NCBI GenBank assembly: GCA_016181965.1
Contig: JACOYH010000004.1
Coordinates: forward strand, 11,761 to 75,760
DNA: 64,000 bases
Direction of reading: 5' to 3'
DNA from: Candidatus Nealsonbacteria bacterium
GTDB taxonomy: Bacteria > Patescibacteriota > Minisyncoccia > Minisyncoccales > MHMH01
How positions within the stretch are numbered: the stretch's first letter is position 1; each line of letters opens with the position of its first letter. Both the position numbers and the translations under genes were made by a program. Positions 27,935 through 38,654 of the stretch are shown one piece after another. The notes below the pieces were generated by a model, which saw nothing but the letters and a program-made list of their open reading frames with translations, was not told the origin of the DNA and did no database searches.

Positions 27935-29692
27935 CTATTCTACAATGGCGCTCAAGACCTCTTCGATTGAGGTCATGCCTTGGGCGGCCTTAATAAATCC
28001 GTCTTCCACCATAGTGACCATGCCCCCTGCCTCGGCCTGCGCTTGAATCTGACTTGAGGTAGCCCGCTTGACTATCAGTTCTTTTATTGTTTCGGTAACC
28101 GGCAAAACCTCGTATATGCCTATTCTACCCTTATAGCCCTCTAAGCATTCCTTACTGGGCTTTGGCTTGTAAAACGCAATATCTTTGAAGGTCTGTTTTG
28201 CTTTGATTATTTTTTCTTTTTTTAATATCTCTAAAATTTTCTGCAGATCGCAATATTTTGAGATATTCTTGATATCTGCTTCGCTTAAAAAATATTTTTC
28301 TTTATTATTGCAAAGCCGTCTCACGAGCCGCTGGGCTAAAATAACATTTAAAGTTGAGGATATCAGAAACGGCTCGGCCTGCATATCAATTAGCCGCGGG
28401 ATGGCGCCAGCCGCATTGGTGGTATGCAAGGTAGAAAGCACCAAATGTCCTGTTAGAGCGGCGTTAATGGCAAGCCCCGCGGTTTCGTTGTCTCTGATTT
28501 CTCCAACCATAATAATGTCGGGGTCTTGCCTGACCAGCGATCGCAGACCATTGGCAAAAGTTAGCCCTATTTTTGGCAGAACCTGCGTCTGATTAATTCT
28601 TGGCATCCTGTATTCAATTGGATCTTCGATGGTGGATATATTCACGCCGGGCTCGTTGAGAATTTCCATCATAGAATACAAAGATGTGGTCTTACCAGAA
28701 CCGGTGGGGCCGGTCACCAATACCATGCCAACCGGCTTTTTAAGATTGTCCTGAATTGCTTCCAAGGCGCTTCCCCGCAGTCCAAGCTCTTCAAGCGTAA
28801 AGGCCTTGGCTGTTTCAGACAAAAGGCGCATAACTATTTTCTCGCCGTCGAAAACAGGCAGTATAGAAACACGAGTAGAATACTTATATTCATCGGTTTC
28901 TATTTTAAACCTCCCATCCTGCGGTAGGCGATGCTCGTCGAGTTTTAAGTTCGATAGCACTTTAATTCTAGCCACTATGCCAGAGCTCACTTGCTTTGGC
29001 AAAGTCATGGCGTCGTGCAAGACACCATCAATTCTGTATCTCACTACAACCTCTCTTTCTGTGGGCTCAATATGGATATCAGAAGCGCGTCCTAAAATAG
29101 CGTGCTTTATCAGAGTATCCACGATTTTTATGACTGGCAGCTCTTGCGCCTGTTTTGCCAACTTCTCCTTCTCTTCGCCCTCTTCGGCAAACGCTTCCGC
29201 CTTAATTGATTTTATGCCTTTTGCCTCTTTCTGTATGATTTCACCAAATTCGGCTTCTAATGTTTTTTGATATTGCTTAAGGGCCTGCTTCATGCCTGCG
29301 GGAGACGTGAGTCGCGGCTGAATCTTTAAATTGGCTTTTTTTCTAATAAAATCAATGGTCCTTAAATCGTCGGGGTCAAGCATGGCCACTTGAAGATTCT
29401 CGCCTTCCTTTCTATAGGCCACTATGTTGTGGCTCTTGGCGATTGGCTCGGGAATTATTTTGAGGATATCGGGCGGGATTATTTCCTTTTCCAAATTAAC
29501 AAAGGGTATGCCTAAAATATAGGCCTCCGTTTTAATCAGGTCTTCGTGCCGGATGAAACCGTCGGCAACCAAAACATCTCCTACCCTCTGGTTGGCTTTT
29601 TGGGCTTTTTTAAGGGCTCCTTCGAATTCCTTTTCGGAAACCAATTTGGCATCCAGCAGGAAGGCCTTTAATTGTTGGGGTTCTACCCTCAT
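27935..29692 (-). CDS. pilB: Type IV pilus assembly ATPase PilB/GspE
   Basis: Walker A VLVTGPTGSGKTTSL, Asp and His boxes, N-terminal GSPII domain. Confidence 0.9.
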   Translation of the reverse strand: MRVEPQQLKAFLLDAKLVSEKEFEGALKKAQKANQRVGDVLVADGFIRHEDLIKTEAYILGIPFVNLEKEIIPPDILKIIPEPIAKSHNIVAYRKEGENLQVAMLDPDDLRTIDFIRKKANLKIQPRLTSPAGMKQALKQYQKTLEAEFGEIIQKEAKGIKSIKAEAFAEEGEEKEKLAKQAQELPVIKIVDTLIKHAILGRASDIHIEPTEREVVVRYRIDGVLHDAMTLPKQVSSGIVARIKVLSNLKLDEHRLPQDGRFKIETDEYKYSTRVSILPVFDGEKIVMRLLSETAKAFTLEELGLRGSALEAIQDNLKKPVGMVLVTGPTGSGKTTSLYSMMEILNEPGVNISTIEDPIEYRMPRINQTQVLPKIGLTFANGLRSLVRQDPDIIMVGEIRDNETAGLAINAALTGHLVLSTLHTTNAAGAIPRLIDMQAEPFLISSTLNVILAQRLVRRLCNNKEKYFLSEADIKNISKYCDLQKILEILKKEKIIKAKQTFKDIAFYKPKPSKECLEGYKGRIGIYEVLPVTETIKELIVKRATSSQIQAQAEAGGMVTMVEDGFIKAAQGMTSIEEVLSAIVE

Positions 29693-29697
29693 GTAAT

Positions 29698-30066
29698 TTA
29701 CTCGTTAAGAGCGTCTTTTACTTTTTTGACCACGTCTTCCAGGTCGTAGCTTGCTTTAACAAGATAAGTGGTGGCGCCTAATTCCAATGCCTTTTCAACG
29801 TCGCTGGTTGATTCAAGGTTAGTCAAGACAATAATAGGGATATCTTTAGTCGCCGGATCTTCTTTTAGGGCCTTCAAAACCTCAAAGCCGTGGAGCTTTG
29901 GGAGAATCAAGTCCAAAAGTATCAAGTCGGGCTTTGCGCTTTTAGCCGTCCTAAGCCCTTCTTCGCCATCAAGCGCGCTTAACATTTGGTAGCCCTCTTG
30001 GGTCAGCACTTCGGAAAAGGTCTTTTGAAGGGCCGATTCGTCTTCGATGAATAATATCTTTTTCAT
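29698..30066 (-). CDS. Single-domain response regulator (CheY-like receiver)
   Basis: MKKILFIEDE...DLILLDLILPKLHGFEVL receiver motifs; Met at 30066 chosen because the longer ORF overlaps the kinase gene. Confidence 0.8.
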   Translation of the reverse strand: MKKILFIEDESALQKTFSEVLTQEGYQMLSALDGEEGLRTAKSAKPDLILLDLILPKLHGFEVLKALKEDPATKDIPIIVLTNLESTSDVEKALELGATTYLVKASYDLEDVVKKVKDALNE

Positions 30067-30094
30067 AATCTTTATATGTTTATATGTTAGAATG

Positions 30095-31066
30095 TTATTT
30101 TCGACCATTTGCCTCGCCCTTTTCTGCGGGAAGCGTAAACCAAAAAGTTGTCCCCTCTCCCTCTCTCGAGTTGAACCAAATCCGTCCTCCGGATTTTTCA
30201 ATAATGGACTTCACGATATACAAACCAAGTCCAGAGCCCTGCGTTTGATGCTTTAAAACATTCGCCGACCTGAAAAATTTCTGAAAAATGTGCTTCTGGT
30301 CATTTGTAGGAATTCCAACGCCGCTATCTTTAATCATGAAAAGCAGTCCCCCCCTGCGCTGTTCGATTTTTATTTTAACTTGGCCCCGCGCTTTTGTATA
30401 TCTAACCGCATTATCTAAAAGATTTTCTATGGCTGATTTGGTCTGCGACAGGTCGGCGAACACCGGCTTGAGATTGGGCTGCGCTTCAAAGATAATTTCA
30501 ACATTTGACGCCTGCGCGAATGGCTTAATTTTATTAATTATCTGCTCGGCAACATCAACCAGAGAAAAAGTTGTCTTCTCCAGGGGCAGTTTCCCCTGCT
30601 CTATGCGGGAGACCATCAGTAAGTCGGAAACCAACTCGCCCATCCGGATAATATTTTCTTCAATAATTTGCAGATATTCTCCCTGCTTTCTCGGTATTTC
30701 TCCCAGCCGGCCAGACGATAAAAGCTCGGTTGACCATTTTAAATTGGAGAGAGGCGAACGCAATTGATGCGATACGATACTAATAAACTCTGATTTCATT
30801 CTGTTGGCTTCGGCAATTCTTTCCAAGCTGCGGATAATCGAAAAACTGATGGTAAAGAGCAAAACCGTTAGAAACATTACTATCAGGGCAACGGTATTTG
30901 GGTCAACGAAATAGCGAGTGCCCAAGTTATAAGTTACCAGAGCGGTAACGCCGATTGCGCCGCCCATAATTAAAAAAAGGAACTGCGGGCAGTTGCGCAA
31001 TGGCAAGCCGTATTTTTTGCACTGGGCCGGAAAGTTCAGTTGGTCTATAATTTCCTGAAAAGGCAT
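30095..31066 (-). CDS. Sensor histidine kinase (2 TM, HisKA + HATPase_c)
   Basis: H-box SHQLRSPL, N/G boxes DSGVGIP...GSGLGLYIVK. Confidence 0.85.
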   Translation of the reverse strand: MPFQEIIDQLNFPAQCKKYGLPLRNCPQFLFLIMGGAIGVTALVTYNLGTRYFVDPNTVALIVMFLTVLLFTISFSIIRSLERIAEANRMKSEFISIVSHQLRSPLSNLKWSTELLSSGRLGEIPRKQGEYLQIIEENIIRMGELVSDLLMVSRIEQGKLPLEKTTFSLVDVAEQIINKIKPFAQASNVEIIFEAQPNLKPVFADLSQTKSAIENLLDNAVRYTKARGQVKIKIEQRRGGLLFMIKDSGVGIPTNDQKHIFQKFFRSANVLKHQTQGSGLGLYIVKSIIEKSGGRIWFNSREGEGTTFWFTLPAEKGEANGRK

Positions 31067-31123
31067 TAGGATAATTGTATCATAAGTTGAAAAATAAACA
31101 AAAATATGCTAAAATCCTCCTAA

Positions 31124-31194
31124 CGGAGTATAGTGTAACGGCAGCACGAGTCCTTTGGGAGGATTTAGTCTCGGTTCGAATCCGAGTACTCCGA
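31124..31194 (+). tRNA. tRNA-Pro (TGG)
   Basis: Acceptor cggagta/tactccg, anticodon loop tttggga. Confidence 0.8.
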
Positions 31195-31259
31195 CAATCT
31201 CGCCTTCGCGAACTATTTATTGCGGGCTTGCCCGCCGTAGCTCGCTTCGGCGAGCGAAG
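31195..31259 (+). ncRNA. Structured spacer/leader 5' of tRNA-Gly, homologous to 5886-5928
   Basis: gcggg-ctt-gcccgcc hairpin, gctcgc-ttcg-gcgagc hairpin with compensatory changes relative to the first copy, then gaaggcggg. Confidence 0.4.
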
Positions 31260-31330
31260 GCGGGCGTCGTATAACGGCATTACCTCAGCTTTCCAAGCTG
31301 ATGACAGGGGTTCGACTCCCCTTGCCCGCT
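31260..31330 (+). tRNA. tRNA-Gly (TCC)
   Basis: Acceptor gcgggcg/tgcccgc, anticodon loop tttccaa. Confidence 0.8.
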
Positions 31331-31370
31331 CATACTCAATCTATTACTAACACAACGGTGCACGCTAAAA

Positions 31371-31398
31371 AAATACACGGGTGACACCCGTGTATTTT
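31371..31398. terminator. Palindrome AAATACACGGGTGACACCCGTGTATTTT (bidirectional terminator; same family as 9941)
   Basis: 10-bp stem flanked by A-run and T-run. Confidence 0.6.
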
Positions 31399-31633
31399 AA
31401 TGTTTAACTGCGAGTAAAGTTTCTAATTCTTTTACTCTGGCTTCAAGGTCTTCAAATTCTTTTCGATAGACCACGCCGTCAAGTTTTTTGTCTATATGAT
31501 CTAATTTCTGAAATGTCTGCTTATGCTGCTCGGTATTTTCATTAAAATCTTTTTGGATTGCCTCAAAATACGGACTCATCGCTTCGGTGACCGCTTCTTG
31601 AAGTTGTTGAATGTCGTTTTTATCTAACGCCAT
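31397..31633 (-). CDS. Hypothetical coiled-coil protein
   Basis: ORF only; flanked by palindromic elements. Confidence 0.35.
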   Translation of the reverse strand: MALDKNDIQQLQEAVTEAMSPYFEAIQKDFNENTEQHKQTFQKLDHIDKKLDGVVYRKEFEDLEARVKELETLLAVKH

Positions 31634-31698
31634 ATGTTTCTAAGCCCATTATATCGCACGGCGAAAATCCCTGTCAAATATTTGTTCGGCAGCGAGTT

Positions 31699-31746
31699 GG
31701 TTGAAGCCAGGCTCTAACCGAGCTCGGTTAGAGCCTGGCTTCAACC
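31699..31746. repeat. REP-like 48-bp palindrome GGTTGAAGCCAGGCTCTAACCGA...TCGGTTAGAGCCTGGCTTCAACC
   Basis: Perfect inverted repeat; family members at 43835-43892, 48645-48678 and 50591-50624. Confidence 0.7.
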
Positions 31747-31755
31747 AAACAAAGT

Positions 31756-31782
31756 AATACACCGGTTCAACCGGTGTATTTT
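31756..31782. terminator. Hairpin TACACCGGTTCAACCGGTGTA plus T-run downstream of rny
   Basis: 8-bp stem, T-run follows. Confidence 0.55.
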
Positions 31783-31798
31783 ACGGTGACATTGGTTA

Positions 31799-33328
31799 TT
31801 ACTTTGCGTACTCCACTACTCTGTTTTCTCTGATGAGAGTGACTTTGATCTCGCCCGGGTAGCGCAGTTCTTCCTGGATTCTTTTAGCTATTTCTTTGGC
31901 CATTTTGTGCGAGCCCAAATCGTCCACTTGATGAGGATTGACGAAAACCCTGATTTCCCTGCCGGCTTGAATGGCGTAGGCCTTATCCACGCCGCCAAAA
32001 GAAGTGGCTATTGCCTCGAGTTCTCCGAGTCGCTTTAAGTAATTATCCAAACTATCTTTTCTAGCTCCGGGCCGGGCGCCGGAAATCTGGTCGGCTGCCT
32101 GCACTATTGTGGCTTCAACGCTAACTGCCGGATAGTCCTCGTGATGGGATTTCATCGCGTCAATCACTTCTTTCTCCACGCCAAACTTCTCTAAAATCTT
32201 TATGCCGATATCTACATGCGAGCCCTCTACCTGATGGTCAACCGCTTTGCCAATATCGTGCAGAAGTCCGGCTTTTTTGGCTATTCTCACGCTAACCCCC
32301 AACTCCGCGGCCAAAGCACCGGCCAAATGGCTGACCTCTATGGAATGCAGTAAAACATTTTGGCCATAGCTCGTTCTAAAGCGTAGGCGCCCCAGCAGCT
32401 GAACAAGCTTTTGATCCAGCCCCACCACGCCAGTATCGTAGACGGCCGTATCGCCAGCTTCTTTGACTTGCGCGACGATTGCCTCTTGGGTTTGCTCAAC
32501 TATTTCCTCAATTTTAGCCGGCTGTATTCTGCCATCGTGAATTAATTTTTCCAAAGCGAGTTTGGCAATCTGCCGCCTGACAGGGTCAAAGCCCGAGATG
32601 ATCACCGCCTCCGGCGCCTCATCCACCACAAGCTCTACTCCGGTTAATTTTTCCAGAGTTCTGATATTTCTACCCTCTTTGCCTATAATTCTTCCCTTAA
32701 TCTCTTCGTTGGGAAGGGCAACAGTGCTGGTTGTGATTTCTTGCGACTGGGAAAGGGCGCATTTTTGAATAGCTAAGGCAATCATTTCTTTGGCTCTTCT
32801 TTGCACTTTTTCCGCTCCATCTTGTTCCAATTTACGCATCCTCTCGGCTAGGTCCATCTCAGATTCCCTTTCGCAGGTTGATAGCAGCTCTGCCCTGGCT
32901 TCTTCTTTTTTGAGATTAGAAATCCTTTCCAAGGCCGCAACCGCCTCTGTTTGCAAGCCCTCGAGATGCTCCTTGACGCCTTTTAGTTTTTCAACTTTTC
33001 CTTGAAAATCCTGCTCCTTTTTATCGTACTCAATGAGCTTCTGGTTAAGAATATCCTCCCGCCTTAAAACCAGCTGCTCGGTTTGAGCAACTCTTTTACG
33101 GAGATGATTTTCTTCCTCTTTGGCTGCGTCTAAAATCGCAGCGGCTTTCTCTTTCGTCTGGGCGAAGATTGCTTCACACTCTTTCTGCGCCTGAAGGGCC
33201 TTCTCCTGAAGCTTTTGATCGACTGTTCCCAGTTGCTTCTTGGCAATTGACTGGCGAGCGTAGTAACCCAAAACCGATCCTATCGATAAGGCAACTACAC
33301 CCGTCAGCAGTAGGATATATAAATTCAT
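31799..33328 (-). CDS. rny: Ribonuclease Y
   Basis: N-terminal TM, coiled coil, KH domain, HD domain LLHDIGKAVDH. Confidence 0.9.
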   Translation of the reverse strand: MNLYILLLTGVVALSIGSVLGYYARQSIAKKQLGTVDQKLQEKALQAQKECEAIFAQTKEKAAAILDAAKEEENHLRKRVAQTEQLVLRREDILNQKLIEYDKKEQDFQGKVEKLKGVKEHLEGLQTEAVAALERISNLKKEEARAELLSTCERESEMDLAERMRKLEQDGAEKVQRRAKEMIALAIQKCALSQSQEITTSTVALPNEEIKGRIIGKEGRNIRTLEKLTGVELVVDEAPEAVIISGFDPVRRQIAKLALEKLIHDGRIQPAKIEEIVEQTQEAIVAQVKEAGDTAVYDTGVVGLDQKLVQLLGRLRFRTSYGQNVLLHSIEVSHLAGALAAELGVSVRIAKKAGLLHDIGKAVDHQVEGSHVDIGIKILEKFGVEKEVIDAMKSHHEDYPAVSVEATIVQAADQISGARPGARKDSLDNYLKRLGELEAIATSFGGVDKAYAIQAGREIRVFVNPHQVDDLGSHKMAKEIAKRIQEELRYPGEIKVTLIRENRVVEYAK

Positions 33329-33352
33329 AAATGTGATAAATTTGGTATTTCA

Positions 33353-34648
33353 TTATCTTAAAGTAAGGGTAGCAAATTTTTGCCAGCTTGTCAAAAAGGA
33401 AAAGAAACTTTTAAGAGCTCCGTCAACAATTGCTAAAATCAGATTAAGCCATGTAGACGGAGGGGCTTCTTCATATTCGGGCAGAGGAAGGTGAACTGTT
33501 ACGGTTTTAGTGGAGGTCTGGCAGGAATAACCGTCGGAATCGGTAATTCTTAAGCGCATTTGATTGTCGGTGGTATCAAAAATTATATGAGGATAGCGCG
33601 ACGCAGTTCCTGTTTCGTCAACAAAAACGGCCTCGCCTTGGGTAATAGTCCAAAGATAGCTGGAAACAGAAGTGCCGCCATACAGAACACTGGCATCTGG
33701 GTTAAAAATCACAACCTCTCCTTGGCTGGGCTCTGCCGGCGCCCAATTAAAATCGGGCCAAGGATAAGCGTGAAAGGGCGTCTTAAACTGATCGGAGTTT
33801 GTCCAGTCCGACCAATTGCCGTCGCTATCTTTCACCTTGACTCTCCAAAAATAGGTTGTGTTCCATGATAATTCTGAAATCCAGTCGGAATTATCGTCTT
33901 GCGAGAGGTCTAAAGCGTAAGAAGTTGATCCGGTATTAACCACATGATTAAATTTTGGCGCTTGGAAAGCGCTATTGCTGTCAACTTCGATTTCATAGGC
34001 CGCTTGCGGGTCGCCATCGGAGTCGGAATAAGTCCAACTGAAGACCGGAATGCTCCTGCCTTGAATTGAGCAATGATTCCACGTTTCCTCCACTATACCG
34101 GCTGAAGGCGGCCGATTAAACGACAAAGCGGTTGTAACCTTGTAATTTAATCCGCTAAAATTAATCCAGCCCACAATCTCATCAGACCAGCCATAGCCGG
34201 AGAAATCACCGTTGCTGGTATTAACAGAAACGCCGTAGCTGGTGTCATTAAGCTTGACCCAGCCGTCCCAATCAGCGCCGTAAGATAATGCCCGCGCCCA
34301 GCCGGTTACTTCTCCCGTATCTAAATTGGCCTTGGCGATGTAATTCAATCCGCCGTCCTGGTACGGCTGCGCGGGCGGAGCGCCTGTTTCTGACCTATTA
34401 AAACTGACCCAGCCGATGTTTTCCGACCAAGCATGACCGGAGAACTCGCCGGATTCGTCATTAATATCAACGCCGTAGTCGCTACTGCCGCAACTGCCGG
34501 TGTTAGTGCAGTTAAAACTGACCCAGCCGATGTTTTCAGACCAAGCGAAACCAGAAACATTTTCGCCAGTCCCGGCTAAAACATCGTCCGCAAGGGCAAC
34601 GCCTGTAAAAAATAATATTGGTATGAAAAATAAGAAAATTTTTCTCAT
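33353..34648 (-). CDS. Secreted repeat protein with four G(F/H)[12 protein letters not shown]-type repeats, Fn3-like region and C-terminal anchor
   Basis: Signal peptide; repeats [43 protein letters not shown]; underlying near-identical 35-bp DNA repeats around 34410-34560. Confidence 0.55.
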   Translation of the reverse strand: MRKIFLFFIPILFFTGVALADDVLAGTGENVSGFAWSENIGWVSFNCTNTGSCGSSDYGVDINDESGEFSGHAWSENIGWVSFNRSETGAPPAQPYQDGGLNYIAKANLDTGEVTGWARALSYGADWDGWVKLNDTSYGVSVNTSNGDFSGYGWSDEIVGWINFSGLNYKVTTALSFNRPPSAGIVEETWNHCSIQGRSIPVFSWTYSDSDGDPQAAYEIEVDSNSAFQAPKFNHVVNTGSTSYALDLSQDDNSDWISELSWNTTYFWRVKVKDSDGNWSDWTNSDQFKTPFHAYPWPDFNWAPAEPSQGEVVIFNPDASVLYGGTSVSSYLWTITQGEAVFVDETGTASRYPHIIFDTTDNQMRLRITDSDGYSCQTSTKTVTVHLPLPEYEEAPPSTWLNLILAIVDGALKSFFSFLTSWQKFATLTLR

Positions 34649-35229
34649 TCTTTAGACTGTAAAACCTTATCAATCAAGCCATACTCTTTGGCTTCATCGG
34701 CTGTTAAATAAAAATCGCGGTCGGTATCTTTTTCTACCTTCTTTAACGGCTGGCCCGTGTGCTGGGCTAAAATGTTATTTAGCTTCTCTTTAATTTTTAT
34801 AATTTGTTTGGCGGTAATTTCAATTTCCGTAGCTTGGCCGGTTACGCCGCCCGCCACCTGATGCAGTAAGATTTGGCCGTTGGGCAAGGCAAATCTTTTC
34901 CCCTTGGCTCCCGCCGCCAGCAAAGTTGCTCCCATTGAGGCCGCCAAACCAACGCAAACCGTTGAAACATCGGGCTTCACATATTGCATTGTATCATAAA
35001 TTGCCATGCCGGCCGTTACCGAGCCGCCGGGGGTATTAAGATAGAGCTGAATATCTTTTTGAGGATCTTTGGAGGCCAAGAAAAGCATTTGAGCTATTAC
35101 CGAGTTTGCCACCACGTCGTTGATCGGCCCGGCCAGGAAAATAATTCTTTCTTTAAGCAAGCGCGAATAAATATCGTAGGCGCGCTCTCCGTATTGGCTT
35201 TTTTCTATTACCGTGGGTATAAGATTCAT
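34645..35229 (-). CDS. clpP: ATP-dependent Clp protease proteolytic subunit
   Basis: [34 protein letters not shown] with catalytic Ser/His/Asp context. Confidence 0.9.
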   Translation of the reverse strand: MNLIPTVIEKSQYGERAYDIYSRLLKERIIFLAGPINDVVANSVIAQMLFLASKDPQKDIQLYLNTPGGSVTAGMAIYDTMQYVKPDVSTVCVGLAASMGATLLAAGAKGKRFALPNGQILLHQVAGGVTGQATEIEITAKQIIKIKEKLNNILAQHTGQPLKKVEKDTDRDFYLTADEAKEYGLIDKVLQSKE

Positions 35230-35244
35230 CTTTATATTTTTATT

Positions 35245-37227
35245 CTACACCAAAAAGGCAACAATCAAAAGGGCAACTATGTTAAGAACTTTTATCATTG
35301 GATTTATGGCCGGTCCTGCGGTGTCTTTGTATGGGTCGCCAACCGTATCGCCAGTGACCGCGGCTTCGTGGGCAGGGCTGCCCTTGCCCCCGAGATTTCC
35401 TTCTTCTATGTATTTTTTAGCGTTGTCCCAAGCGGCTCCTCCCGAAGTCATTGATATGGCGACAAAAAATCCAGTAACAATACTGCCGATCAGGAGACCG
35501 CCCAAGGCCTCCGGTCCCAGCAAAAAGCCGACAAGCAAGGGCAGAGCTACCGGCAAAAGAGCCGGCATTATCATTTCCTTAAGAGCGGCCTTGGTAACAA
35601 TATCAACACAAGTGCCGTAGTCGGGTTTTTGTTTGCCTTCCATTAGTCCGGCAATCTCCCTAAACTGCCTCCGCGCCTCTTCAACCACCTTTCCCGCGGC
35701 TTTGCCAACAGCAGTCATAGCCATGGAAGAAAAAAGATAAGGCAGCAATCCCCCGATAAACAATCCAACGACAACGCGATAGTCGTCTAAAAGAAAAGTT
35801 ACTCTGGCTCCCAAGTCCTGAATTTCCTGCACATAGGCGGCAAAAAGAACCAATGCCGCCAAAGCGGCCGAAGCGATGGCGTAGGCCTTGGTGACCGCTT
35901 TAGTTGTATTACCCACGGCGTCTAGGGCGTCAGTAACCTGACGGACCTCGCCCTCCAAACCGGACATTTCAGCTATACCCGAAGCATTGTCGGTTATTGG
36001 CCCGTAAGAATCCAAAGCAACAATAATGCCAGCCACAGACAACATAGAGACCACGGTTACGGCCAAACCCTCCATGCCGCCAGCCCAAAAACTCACCAAA
36101 ATGCCCAACGCAATCACTCCAACCGGCAGCGCGGTCGCCTGCATGCCAATAGCCAGGCCCCTAATAATATTAGTGGCATGGCCTGTCTGCGATGACTGCG
36201 CAATAGCCTTAACCGGGCCGTATTGTTTAGACGTGTAGTATTCGGTAATGACAAACATTCCGCCAGCTACCAACAGTCCCATCAGCGAAGGCAGGTACAA
36301 CTGCCAGAAAGAAAAATTAAGCGAAGGAGCGGAATTCTTAATAATCCAAATAAAGCCCAAGGCCGACAACACGCACGCTCCGGCCAGCCCTTTGTAAAGC
36401 GCGGCCATGACATTGCGATTTTTGCCCAGTTTTACAAAAAAACTGGCGATAATCGACGCGAGAATACCGGCCGAGCCCAAAAAGAGCGGCAGAGTAAGAG
36501 CAGCCACTTTGCCCGGAAAAAGCAGGCCGCCCAAAATCATGCCAGCCACCAGCGTCACTACATATGTTTCAAAAATATCAGCTGCCATGCCTGCGCAGTC
36601 GCCAACATTGTCGCCAACTTGGTCGGCAATAACGGCTGGGTTGCGCGGGTCGTCTTCGGGAATACCTTTTTCTATTTTGCCTACCAAATCAGCTCCCACA
36701 TCGGCGGCCTTTGTGTAGATGCCGCCGCCAAGCCGGGCAAAAACAGAAATTAAAGAAGCGCCAAAACCCAAAGCTACCAAGGATTTGAGGTCTTGCGTTA
36801 GTATGTAAAAACTGGAAACAGCCAGTAAACCCAAGCCAACTACCAAAAAACCCGTTACCGCTCCCCCCTGGAAAGCCAATCCCAGCGCCGGCCCCATGCC
36901 GGATTTAGCTGCCTCTGCCACTCTAACGTTGGTTTTGGTAGAAATAATCATGCCCACAAAGCCAGCTAAACCCGAGAAAAAAGCGCCAATCAAAAAGCCG
37001 AGACCCGTCTTAAACCCAAGCAGGAGCCAAAGAAGAAAAAACAAAAAAACCGCCACAATGGCCACGGTTTTGTATTGCCTCTTCAAATAGGCGAGCGCTC
37101 CTTCTTTAATAAATCCGGAAATAGCAACCATTTTGCCGGTCCCCTCTTTTGAGGCCTGAATGCGCCTTATCAAAAAGAGCGCAAAGACCAAAACGAATAT
37201 AGAGACAACTACAGGGAGATAAGTCAT
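35245..37227 (-). CDS. hppA: Membrane-bound H+/Na+-translocating pyrophosphatase
   Basis: About 16 TM segments; [17 protein letters not shown] and [17 protein letters not shown] motifs. Confidence 0.9.
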   Translation of the reverse strand: MTYLPVVVSIFVLVFALFLIRRIQASKEGTGKMVAISGFIKEGALAYLKRQYKTVAIVAVFLFFLLWLLLGFKTGLGFLIGAFFSGLAGFVGMIISTKTNVRVAEAAKSGMGPALGLAFQGGAVTGFLVVGLGLLAVSSFYILTQDLKSLVALGFGASLISVFARLGGGIYTKAADVGADLVGKIEKGIPEDDPRNPAVIADQVGDNVGDCAGMAADIFETYVVTLVAGMILGGLLFPGKVAALTLPLFLGSAGILASIIASFFVKLGKNRNVMAALYKGLAGACVLSALGFIWIIKNSAPSLNFSFWQLYLPSLMGLLVAGGMFVITEYYTSKQYGPVKAIAQSSQTGHATNIIRGLAIGMQATALPVGVIALGILVSFWAGGMEGLAVTVVSMLSVAGIIVALDSYGPITDNASGIAEMSGLEGEVRQVTDALDAVGNTTKAVTKAYAIASAALAALVLFAAYVQEIQDLGARVTFLLDDYRVVVGLFIGGLLPYLFSSMAMTAVGKAAGKVVEEARRQFREIAGLMEGKQKPDYGTCVDIVTKAALKEMIMPALLPVALPLLVGFLLGPEALGGLLIGSIVTGFFVAISMTSGGAAWDNAKKYIEEGNLGGKGSPAHEAAVTGDTVGDPYKDTAGPAINPMIKVLNIVALLIVAFLV

Positions 37228-37279
37228 AATAATTTAATTATATTTTTTATTAGTTGTGATAAGCCCGGCTTATCACATA

Positions 37280-38509
37280 TCAAACAGATTTTTTCTTCGC
37301 TCTCTTTGGTTTTGGTTTTTCTTCTGTTTCTTCTTCGCTTTCCTCTGGCTCGGCGGCGGCCTTAACTTCGCCCGACTCGGGAGATCTTACGTCTATTTTC
37401 CAGCCGGTTAGTTTTGCCGCTAAGCGAACATTCTGACCGTCTTTGCCTATAGCTAAAGAAAGCTGGTCTTCCGGCACAATTGCCATGGCCTTATTCCTAA
37501 TCTGTATTTTCACTTCCAAAACCTTGGCCGGCGAAAGAGCGTTGGCAAGATATTCTTCCGGCTTTTCTTTCCACTCAATGATATCAATTTTCTCTCCGCC
37601 GAGTTCGTTAATAACGGCCGAAACCCTGGTACCCCTCTGGCCCACCATACTGCCAATTGGGTCTACGCCTTCAACGGTTGAGGCCACTGCTATTTTAGAA
37701 CGCGAGCCGGCTTCTCTGGCCACCGATTTAATAACCACCGAGCCCGATGAGACCTCGGGCACTTCCAATTCGAAAAGCTTTGAAATGATTTTGGGGTAAG
37801 CGCGGGACAAGAATACGGCTGGCCCTCTCGGGGTTTCTTCAACTTTTAGGAGATACACTTTGAGGCGCTGGCCGGGCCTGTAAAATTCTCCCGGCACTTG
37901 CTCTTCGCGCGGCAAAAGACCCAATGTCTTACCAATATCCATAAACACCATTCTGCCCTCTATTCTCTGGACAATGCCGGAAATAATTTCGCCTTCTTTT
38001 GTTTTAAATTCGTTGAAAATAAATTCTCTTTCTGCTTCGCGAATTCTCTGTAAAATCACCTGTTTGGCTGTTTGGGCGGCAATGCGGCCGTAGTCCTCGC
38101 GCGAATCTAAGAGCGTTTCAAGGTCGTCGCCGGCTTTTATTTTTGGCTCAATCTTCCTGGCTTCGTCCAGCAAAATATGCCTGTCGGAGTTGAAGCGGAT
38201 CCGCCCAGATTCATCTGGGCGAGACTCGCCACCTTCGGTGGCGGTTTTTTCCCTTTCTTCTTTCATTTTTTCCAATTCTTCTTCTGAATAAATCATATCT
38301 GGCGTAACCACCTGCTTGACCTGCCAAAACTTAACAGAGCCGGTTTCCGGTTTCAGTTTAGCTTTTATGATTTGGCCTTTTTTGCCGTAGTCCTTTTTAT
38401 AGGCGGCGGCTATGGCCATTTCAATGGTCTCTAAGACCTTTTCCTTGGGTATGCCCTTTTCTTCGGCAATTTGCGTAATGGCCGAAGCAAATGATTTTAA
38501 ATCCATCAT
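37280..38509 (-). CDS. nusA: Transcription termination/antitermination factor NusA
   Basis: N-terminal domain, S1, two KH domains; MMDLK start preferred (TTGACA-17-TATACT promoter upstream); the annotated longer ORF would cover that promoter. Confidence 0.85.
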   Translation of the reverse strand: MMDLKSFASAITQIAEEKGIPKEKVLETIEMAIAAAYKKDYGKKGQIIKAKLKPETGSVKFWQVKQVVTPDMIYSEEELEKMKEEREKTATEGGESRPDESGRIRFNSDRHILLDEARKIEPKIKAGDDLETLLDSREDYGRIAAQTAKQVILQRIREAEREFIFNEFKTKEGEIISGIVQRIEGRMVFMDIGKTLGLLPREEQVPGEFYRPGQRLKVYLLKVEETPRGPAVFLSRAYPKIISKLFELEVPEVSSGSVVIKSVAREAGSRSKIAVASTVEGVDPIGSMVGQRGTRVSAVINELGGEKIDIIEWKEKPEEYLANALSPAKVLEVKIQIRNKAMAIVPEDQLSLAIGKDGQNVRLAAKLTGWKIDVRSPESGEVKAAAEPEESEEETEEKPKPKRAKKKSV

Positions 38510-38602
38510 ATTTTGTTTTTTTAAAAATAAAGCCCGTTTTCCAACGGACAATTTTTCATAGCAACCAATATCTGCTTGCAGTATATAAAAACCATCAACT
38601 CC

Positions 38603-38645
38603 TGTCAAGCGCAAAGTTAAAGGGCGGCCTTAATTGGTCGCCCTT
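38603..38645. repeat. 43-bp module: terminator hairpin of the upstream gene plus TTGACA -35 of the downstream promoter; second copy at 39253-39295
   Basis: TGTCAAGCGCAAAGTTAAAGGGCGGCCTTAATTGGTCGCCCTT; copies differ at 1 nt. Confidence 0.6.
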
Positions 38646-38654
38646 CTTATTATT

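Noticed and set aside
38510-38614. N-terminal extensions of nusA (to 38614), cca (to 43041), the response regulator (to 30201), pilM (to 23860) and ORF 41044 (to 41391)
   Set aside because: The extensions overlap promoters, tRNA genes or the upstream gene. Internal Met codons with RBS and conserved family N-termini (MMDLK, MAIPKE, MKKILFIED, MLDYLNL) are preferred
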